A stretch of DNA of 64,000 bases, from NCBI GenBank assembly GCA_963761335.1, contig CAVXGR010000018.1, positions 64,001 to 128,000 on the forward strand. Reading direction: 5' to 3'. Both the position numbers and the translations under genes were made by a program. This stretch comes from an uncultured delta proteobacterium. Its GTDB lineage: Bacteria > Desulfobacterota > Binatia > HRBIN30 > BPIQ01. Positions 57,756-64,000 of the stretch are shown here, piece after piece. The notes beneath the pieces are model-generated. The model searched no databases. It worked only from the letters and a program-made list of their open reading frames with translations, and was not told the DNA's origin. How positions within the stretch are numbered: position 1 is the first letter of the stretch; the number at the start of each line of letters is the position of its first letter.

Positions 57756-58508
57756 GTGCGCCTGTTGTTGAGCAACGATGATGGGATCTCTTCGGACGGG
57801 TTGGGGGCGCTGGAGGAGGAGCTGGCGGCGCTGGGGGACGTCTATGTGGTCGCCCCGGATCGGGAGCAGAGCGCCGCGAGCCACGCGCTGACGCTGTACC
57901 GGCCGCTGCGCGTCCAGGAGATGGGTGAGCGGCGCTGGGCGGTGGATGGCACGCCGACCGATTGCGTCAACCTGGCGGTCAACGGCATCCTGCGCGAGTG
58001 CCGCCCCGACTTCGTCATCTCCGGCATCAACCGCGGCAGCAATCTCGGCGACGACATCACCTATTCCGGGACGGTCTCGGCCGCCATGGAGGGAACCCTC
58101 CTCGGCATTCCCGCGGTGGCCGTATCGCTCGCCGGGCGCGAGCGCTTCGACTTCAAGCCGGCTGCCACCTTCGTCGGCGAGCTGCTGCGCGCCCTCGGGG
58201 GCCGAGCGCTGCCGCGCAACACCCTGCTCAACGTCAACGTGCCGCCGCTGCCGCGCGAGCTGATCAAGGGGGTGCGGCTGACGCGCATGGGCAAGCGCCG
58301 CTTCGACGATGCCATCGTCGAGAAGCTCGATCCGCGCGGCAAGAAGTACTACTGGATCGGTGGCGGCGATCCGGGCTTCGTCGAGGACGAGGGCACCGAC
58401 TTCGCCGCCATGGCGCTCGACATGATCTCGATCACGCCGATTCACCTCGACCTCACCAACTACTCCTGCTTCGACGAGCTGTCGAAGCTGAAGCTCGACT
58501 GGCGATGA
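57756..58508 (+). CDS. surE: 5'/3'-nucleotidase SurE
   Basis: LLSNDDG, AP..EQSA.SH, GTPTDCV, SGINRGSN.G....YSGTVSAA.EG. Confidence 0.96.
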   Translation: MRLLLSNDDGISSDGLGALEEELAALGDVYVVAPDREQSAASHALTLYRPLRVQEMGERRWAVDGTPTDCVNLAVNGILRECRPDFVISGINRGSNLGDDITYSGTVSAAMEGTLLGIPAVAVSLAGRERFDFKPAATFVGELLRALGGRALPRNTLLNVNVPPLPRELIKGVRLTRMGKRRFDDAIVEKLDPRGKKYYWIGGGDPGFVEDEGTDFAAMALDMISITPIHLDLTNYSCFDELSKLKLDWR

Positions 58509-58512
58509 CGGG

Positions 58513-59337
58513 GTGAGCGGCGGCGAGGGTGCGGCGGTGGAGGGAGGCGGCACGGCGAAAGCAGAAGCGGCGTCCCGCCGCTTTGCAGGGGCGGGCGCCA
58601 GGAGGACGGAGATCGCGGCTGTGGCGCTCGCCTGCGCGCTGCTCCTGCCGGCGTGCGGCGGCCACAAGCGCAGCAAGCCGTCGGCGCCGTCTTCCGGCGT
58701 CTACCACACCGTGCGCGCCGGCGAGACCCTCTACCGCATCGGCAAGGCGTACGGCGTCTCTTACAGCCGCATCGCCAAGGCGAACCGGCTCGCCGACGCC
58801 TCGCACATCTTCGTCGGCCAGCGGTTGATCATCCCCGGTGCCGATCGGCCCGTGCCGGTGGACGCGGTGGCGCCGCGCGACGTGCATCCCGTGCCGGCGC
58901 CGGCCCCGCAGGAGCAGCCGGCGGCAGAGCGGCCGGACCGCTCCTTCTCCTGGCCCATTCAGGCGCCGATCGTCACCTCCGCCTTTGGCCCGCGCGGCCG
59001 CAGCTTCCACGACGGCATCGACATCGGTGCCGACGCCGGCACCGCGGTGCTGGCCGCCGCCGACGGCGAGGTCGTCTACGCCGACGAGCTGCGCGGCTAC
59101 GGCCGGGTCATCATTCTCCGCCACCAGGGCGGCTACGCCACGGTATACGCTCACAATCGCGAGAACCTGGTGAAGGAGGGGGACAAGGTCCGCTGTGGCC
59201 AGCGCATCGCCACGGTTGGCGAGAGCGGCCGCACCACCGCCCCCAACCTGCACTTCGAGGTGCGCCGCCAGAACATCGCCCAGGACCCGCTCGCCTACCT
59301 GCCGCGCGTGGATCTGCAGACCGCCGCGCACCGGTGA
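58513..59337 (+). CDS. LysM + M23 lipoprotein (NlpD-like)
   Basis: Lipobox LPAC; LysM HTVRAGETLYRI; M23 HDGID, YAH and HFE motifs. Confidence 0.9.
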   Translation: MSGGEGAAVEGGGTAKAEAASRRFAGAGARRTEIAAVALACALLLPACGGHKRSKPSAPSSGVYHTVRAGETLYRIGKAYGVSYSRIAKANRLADASHIFVGQRLIIPGADRPVPVDAVAPRDVHPVPAPAPQEQPAAERPDRSFSWPIQAPIVTSAFGPRGRSFHDGIDIGADAGTAVLAAADGEVVYADELRGYGRVIILRHQGGYATVYAHNRENLVKEGDKVRCGQRIATVGESGRTTAPNLHFEVRRQNIAQDPLAYLPRVDLQTAAHR

Positions 59338-59364
59338 GGGGGGACGGGGCCCCCTCTGCTCCCG

Positions 59365-59494
59365 TTCTCATTCCCGGTTCTCATCCCGTCGTTTTCAATT
59401 GTTCTGAGGGCTGCGCGCAGGCCAGATCGGTCGGGGGTATGCCGCGACTGTCAGAGCAAATGGAAAACGACGGGATGAGAACCGGGAATGAGAA
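59365..59494. repeat. Family D palindrome with perfect 32-bp arms
   Basis: TTCTCATTCCCGGTTCTCATCCCGTCGTTTTC at 59365-59396; exact reverse complement at 59463-59494. Confidence 0.9.
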
Positions 59495-59556
59495 TGGAGA
59501 ATGACGAGCCCCTTGGAAGCCTCGCCCTCGCATTCGCGATCTGGTAGACGGCGGCC

Positions 59557-60093
59557 ATGAACGATGTGAGCCTCGAGGGTCTCCGCCGCCTCATCCGCGA
59601 CATTCCCGATTTTCCCAAGCCGGGGATCGTCTTCAAGGACATCACCCCACTCGTGGCTGACGGCCAGGCGCTGCGCTCTGCCGTCGACGCCATCGCCGAT
59701 CGCTACCGGGGGCGCATCGACACCGTGCTCGGTATCGAATCGCGCGGCTTCATCCTCGGCGCCGCCGTCGCCTACGCCCTCGGCGTCGGCCTGGCGGTGG
59801 TGCGCAAGCCCGGCAAGCTGCCGTACAAGAAGCTCGCCGCCGCCTACGAGCTGGAGTACGGCACCGACACCCTGGAGATCCACAACGACGCCTTCGGGCA
59901 TCCCTGCCGGGTCCTCGTCGTCGACGACCTGCTCGCCACCGGCGGTACCGCCGGGGCGGCGATCGACCTGGTGCGCCAGCTGGGCGGCGAGGTGATCGAG
60001 TGCGCCTTTCTCGTCGAGCTCGATTTCCTCGCCGGCCGGGAGCGCCTGAAACCCGTGGAGAGCTTCGCGCTCATTCACTACGACGGCGAGTGA
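59557..60093 (+). CDS. apt: Adenine phosphoribosyltransferase
   Basis: IPDFPKPGIVFKDIT, ESRGF, RKPGKLP, VDDLLATGGT. Confidence 0.96.
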   Translation: MNDVSLEGLRRLIRDIPDFPKPGIVFKDITPLVADGQALRSAVDAIADRYRGRIDTVLGIESRGFILGAAVAYALGVGLAVVRKPGKLPYKKLAAAYELEYGTDTLEIHNDAFGHPCRVLVVDDLLATGGTAGAAIDLVRQLGGEVIECAFLVELDFLAGRERLKPVESFALIHYDGE

Positions 60094-60125
60094 ATCGACC
60101 CCGCGCCGGGGCTACACTCGTCTTC

Positions 60126-60557
60126 ATGGAGACGCTGTACACGGAGGTCGAGCACACTGCCGATCTGGCGATTCTCGTCGAGGCCGACTCGCTGCGCGAG
60201 CTCTATCGGCGCGCCGCACTGGCGCTGTTCGCCCTTCTGGTGGAGGGGGGCGACGTGCATGCAGGCGAGCGCCGTCACCTCACCGTTGACGGCCGCGACC
60301 GGGAGGACCTCATGCACGAGCTCCTCTCCCGCCTTCTGTCCGACTTCTACGCGGACGATTTCATCGCCGCCTCCATCGCGGTGACCCACGTCGACGACCG
60401 CCACCTCGAGGCCGATCTCGAAGGGGAGTGCTTCGACCGGCGCCGCCATGTTTCGCTCCGCGAGATCAAGGCGGTGACCTATCACGGGCTGGAGATCCGC
60501 GGTGCCGATGAGTCCGGGCCGCGGCTCTGGCAGGCACGGGTGACCTTCGATGTCTGA
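60126..60557 (+). CDS. Archease
   Basis: EHTAD at N-terminus; EIKAVTYHGL and terminal VTFDV; overlaps rtcB by 8 nt. Confidence 0.92.
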   Translation: METLYTEVEHTADLAILVEADSLRELYRRAALALFALLVEGGDVHAGERRHLTVDGRDREDLMHELLSRLLSDFYADDFIAASIAVTHVDDRHLEADLEGECFDRRRHVSLREIKAVTYHGLEIRGADESGPRLWQARVTFDV

Positions 60558-61995
60558 GCTCGGCTTGCGCAAGATCGAGGACTGGCTCTGGGAGATCCCC
60601 AGGAGCGGCGGCATGCGGGTCCCGGGGCGCATCTTTGCCACTGCCGAGCTGTTGCAGGACATCGCCCGCGACCAGAGCCTGCAGCAGGTCGCCAACATGG
60701 CACATCTCCCCGGTATCGTCGGCTACTCTCTGGCCATGCCCGATATCCATCTGGGCTACGGATTCCCCATCGGCGGAGTCGCCGCGGTGGACGTGGACGA
60801 AGGGGTCATCTCCCCGGGCGGCGTCGGCTACGACATCAACTGCGGCGTCCGTCTGGTGGCCACGGGGCTCACCCATGCCGACGTTTCCGGCCATATCGAG
60901 GCGCTCGCCGATCGGCTGTTCGCGGCCATTCCCTGCGGCGTCGGGGCCGAGGGAGCGATCGCCAAGCTCGGGGTCGAGGATGAGAAGCGGCTGCTGCGAC
61001 GCGGCGCCGCCTGGGCCATCGAGCAGGGCTTTGGCAGCGCCGCAGACCTGGCGCATACCGAGGAGTACGGCTGCATGGCGGCCGCGGACGCCGATGCGGT
61101 CAGCGAGACGGCGCTCAAGCGGGGTCTCAAGCAGGTCGGCACCCTCGGCTCGGGCAATCACTTCCTCGAGGTCGGACGCGTCGACGAGATCTACCGCCCG
61201 CAGGTGGCCGCGGCCCTGGGCATCGAGCTGGAGCAGATCACCATCATCATCCACTCGGGCTCCCGCGGCCTCGGCTACCAGACGTGCGATGACTACCTGC
61301 GGGTGATGGGCCGCGCCATGGAGAAGTACCACATCCGCCTGCCCGACCGGCAGCTGGCCTGCACGCCGCTGCAGTCGGAAGAGGGACGCCGCTACCTGGC
61401 GGCGATGGCCTGTGCCGCCAACTACGCCTGGGTGAACCGCCAGGTGATGATGGGCCTGGCGGAGCGAGCCTTCCAGGAGGTGCTCGGCATCGGGCCGCGA
61501 GAGCTGCGCTTTCGCCTGGTCTACGACGTCTGCCACAACATCGCCAAGCTCGAGGAGCACGTGGTCGAGGGAAAGCGTCGCCGGCTCTGTGTGCATCGCA
61601 AGGGCGCCACCCGCGCTTTTGGGCCCGGTCACCCGGCGATTCCTGAAAGCCTGCGCGCCATCGGACAGCCGGTGCTCATTCCCGGCGACATGGGCCGCTA
61701 CTCGTTTCTGCTGGTCGGCACCGAGATCGCCATGCGTTCGACCTTCGGCAGCACCTGTCACGGCGCCGGCCGGGTGATGAGCCGCACCGAATCCAAGCGG
61801 CGCAGTCGCGGCCGCGATCTTCTCGGCGAGCTGTCGCGACAGGGAGTCACGGTGCGCTACCAGGGGCGCGGCACTCTGGCCGAAGAGATGCCGCACGCCT
61901 ACAAAGACGTGGCCGAGGTCGTCGACGTGATGGATCGCGCCGGGGTGAGCCTGAAGGTCGCGCGCCTGCGCCCCCTGGCGGTGATCAAGGGCTGA
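60550..61995 (+). CDS. rtcB: RtcB 3'-phosphate/5'-OH RNA ligase
   Basis: MPDIH.GYGFPIG, GYDINCG, GSGNHF, HSGSRG, HNIAK, HRKGAT, PGDMG, HGAGR, EE.P.AYK. Confidence 0.96.
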   Translation: MSELGLRKIEDWLWEIPRSGGMRVPGRIFATAELLQDIARDQSLQQVANMAHLPGIVGYSLAMPDIHLGYGFPIGGVAAVDVDEGVISPGGVGYDINCGVRLVATGLTHADVSGHIEALADRLFAAIPCGVGAEGAIAKLGVEDEKRLLRRGAAWAIEQGFGSAADLAHTEEYGCMAAADADAVSETALKRGLKQVGTLGSGNHFLEVGRVDEIYRPQVAAALGIELEQITIIIHSGSRGLGYQTCDDYLRVMGRAMEKYHIRLPDRQLACTPLQSEEGRRYLAAMACAANYAWVNRQVMMGLAERAFQEVLGIGPRELRFRLVYDVCHNIAKLEEHVVEGKRRRLCVHRKGATRAFGPGHPAIPESLRAIGQPVLIPGDMGRYSFLLVGTEIAMRSTFGSTCHGAGRVMSRTESKRRSRGRDLLGELSRQGVTVRYQGRGTLAEEMPHAYKDVAEVVDVMDRAGVSLKVARLRPLAVIKG

Positions 61996-62005
61996 GGGCT
62001 ACCGC

Positions 62006-62047
62006 CGCGAACGGCGCCGGAGAGCCGATTCTCCGGCGCCGTTCGCG
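62006..62047. terminator. 18-bp perfect hairpin between convergent genes
   Basis: CGCGAACGGCGCCGGAGA-GCCGAT-TCTCCGGCGCCGTTCGCG. Confidence 0.65.
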
Positions 62048-62048
62048 A

Positions 62049-64000
62049 CTACTTGGCGACGATGTCGACGTTGGTCGACGCCGAAGCGGTGTGCTCGTCC
62101 TTGTCCGTCACCTCACCCGACGCCGTCAGAACCGTGCCCGGCGCGACGTCGTTGTTGACGAGCATCGTCAACCGGATCGTGCTCTGCGCCGACTTCACCA
62201 TGGTGCCGAGCTGCCAGACGAACTGACCGTTCGCGGTGGATGTCGGCGGTGGGGTCGACAGCACGAACGTGCTCTGCTCCGGAGGGGTCACCGTCAGCAC
62301 GACGCTGTTGGCGACCGCCAGTCCGGTGTTCTTCACCTTGTACGTCAAGCGGAGCTGGCTGCCGGGGAAAGTGCGCGTGACCGTCGAGAGCACCAGCGAC
62401 AGAGGCGGCAGGTTCGTGCGGACCCCGCGCACGCGACCGACAAACGACACCGAGGAGAGGTTCTCGGCATCGTCGGACACGTTGACGAGGTTCTCCAGGA
62501 CGGTCCCCGGATCGGTCGTAGGATCGAGGGCGCCTCGCAGCAGGACCAACTTGGAATCGCCGGCAGCGATCGTCGGGAAGGTCCACATCACCTGGTTGTC
62601 GACTTGCGAGGCGGGCGTTGGCAGCGAATTCAGGAAATTGAGGCTGCTCGGTAGAAAATCAGTGACGTGCACGTTGAATGCGGTGTCGGCGGTGATGTTG
62701 CGCACGCGAATCGCGTAGGACACCGTCGAGTTGATGCCGAGGCTGGGGTTCTTCGGTACGCCGGTGATGGTCAGCACGTACGGAGCCCGCTGCTTTGTGA
62801 ACACCGTCGTTTCGACGGCGGCGGCGGAATGGCCGGAATCGTCATAGACGACCATGCGCACCTGGGGTGCCGATCCCTGGGGAATGCTTGCGGGGGCCAG
62901 GGTGAGATAGATACGCTCAGCGCTGCCCGCCGGCAATGTACCGATGGTCCACTGCTCGGTGCCGATGTCCGGCGGTGGGAAGGCGTCGACGAACACCAGA
63001 TCGGGGTCATATGTTGCGGCAACCACCACTCCGGTCAGATCATTGGCGCTCGGGTTCGAGTACGTGAAGCTGTAGGTGACGGTCTGGTCCGGCCGCGCCG
63101 GATCGGGGAGATCCTCGAGTGAAGCCGTCAGGATGAGCTGTCCGACGACCACGGTGTCCTCGTAGACGTTGGACACGTGGCCGGCGTCGTCCTCAGCTCG
63201 GGCCATGTTGCGCTGGATGGTACCGGGAATGGTCGTCGACTTGACCTGCGATTGGATGACGATGCGTTTGCTGCCGCCTGCCGGGATGAACGGCAGCGTC
63301 CACTGATCGATGCGGTCGGGGTCCGGCGCTGGCTCGGAGGACAGAACGATGAGATCGGGGTCGAACAGCTCGCGGACGACGACGTTGCTGATGGCATCGT
63401 TGGAGCGATTGCTGACGATCAGGGTGTACTGGAGATTGTCACCCGGCATCACCGGATCGGGGTGATCCGACTTGGTCAGCACCAGAGGCCGGTCCTCGTG
63501 TACGACGCTGACCACGTCCGGTCCGACCTGCGGGCCGCCAAGGGCGAGCGTCGAATCGATTTGATAGCCGGTCAGGATGACGAGGTCGTCATCGACCACC
63601 CCCGAGTCGACCTGCACGGTGAATAGGATGACTCCCGAGCCGCTGGCGGGAAGATCGGCGATGTTCCAGGTGACCGTGCCGGTGCCTCCCGGTGCGGGAG
63701 CTGACGCCGGTGCCGGCACTGCCGAGACGAAGGTCGTGTCGGTGGGAACGTCCGCGGTCACGGTTACGCCGGTACCGAGACCTCCCGAGTTCGCGAAAGT
63801 GATCGTGTAGGTGAGGAAATCGTCCGCCGCCACCGGGTCGTGGCTGGCCACTGCGCTGATGTGGAGCATCGGCGGGATTTCGGTGGGCGTGAAGGTCGGC
63901 GTGCTCGTCGGGGTGCTCGTCGGCGTGAACGTCGGTGTCGGTGTGCTGGTCGGTGTGCTGGTCGGTGTGCTGGTCGGCGTATCTGTCGGCGTGAACGTCG
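62049..64000 (-). CDS. Large surface protein with tandem DUF11 domains and a Pro/Thr linker; 5' end outside window
   Basis: Repeated (D)PV..G..LTYT(I/L).V.N...A..V.V.D..P....FVSA.P..W.(I/L)..L units; reading frame stays open upstream as (PT/ST)n to the edge. Confidence 0.85.
   Translation of the reverse strand, partial: TFTPTDTPTSTPTSTPTSTPTPTFTPTSTPTSTPTFTPTEIPPMLHISAVASHDPVAADDFLTYTITFANSGGLGTGVTVTADVPTDTTFVSAVPAPASAPAPGGTGTVTWNIADLPASGSGVILFTVQVDSGVVDDDLVILTGYQIDSTLALGGPQVGPDVVSVVHEDRPLVLTKSDHPDPVMPGDNLQYTLIVSNRSNDAISNVVVRELFDPDLIVLSSEPAPDPDRIDQWTLPFIPAGGSKRIVIQSQVKSTTIPGTIQRNMARAEDDAGHVSNVYEDTVVVGQLILTASLEDLPDPARPDQTVTYSFTYSNPSANDLTGVVVAATYDPDLVFVDAFPPPDIGTEQWTIGTLPAGSAERIYLTLAPASIPQGSAPQVRMVVYDDSGHSAAAVETTVFTKQRAPYVLTITGVPKNPSLGINSTVSYAIRVRNITADTAFNVHVTDFLPSSLNFLNSLPTPASQVDNQVMWTFPTIAAGDSKLVLLRGALDPTTDPGTVLENLVNVSDDAENLSSVSFVGRVRGVRTNLPPLSLVLSTVTRTFPGSQLRLTYKVKNTGLAVANSVVLTVTPPEQSTFVLSTPPPTSTANGQFVWQLGTMVKSAQSTIRLTMLVNNDVAPGTVLTASGEVTDKDEHTASASTNVDIVAK

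Overview
GC-rich bacterial chromosomal window, mostly core genes. Gene content and order suggest a Deltaproteobacteria-like or Binatia-like organism (inference only). Core genes: type IIA topoisomerase B subunit, an M16 peptidase pair, Mrp/ferredoxin, coaBC, ino1, secA, efp, kup, a nuoB-nuoF-nuoG trio, tRNA-Val-thrS-rpmI-rplT-pheST-ihfA-merR, tRNA-Pro-surE-nlpD-apt, and archease-rtcB. Most unusual observations: (1) a decayed integron at 33.5-34.8 kb that the ORF track misses, made of an IntI C-terminal relic with its catalytic Tyr changed to Cys and a DUF433/PIN toxin-antitoxin cassette whose stop codon lies in an attC-like site; (2) SecA with a ~270-aa helical segment in its variable subdomain; (3) a yqeC-GT2-unknown-SPL-like radical SAM cluster; (4) EF-P with a PGNW loop; (5) no infC between thrS and rpmI; (6) a possible inositol-lipid gene set; (7) at least six families of intergenic palindromes, including a REP doublet nested in a MITE-like element. 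Frameshifts cluster between 27.7 and 39.7 kb and may be assembly errors. No CRISPR array, rRNA or intact transposase was seen. Family calls come from motif recognition by eye, not from database searches.
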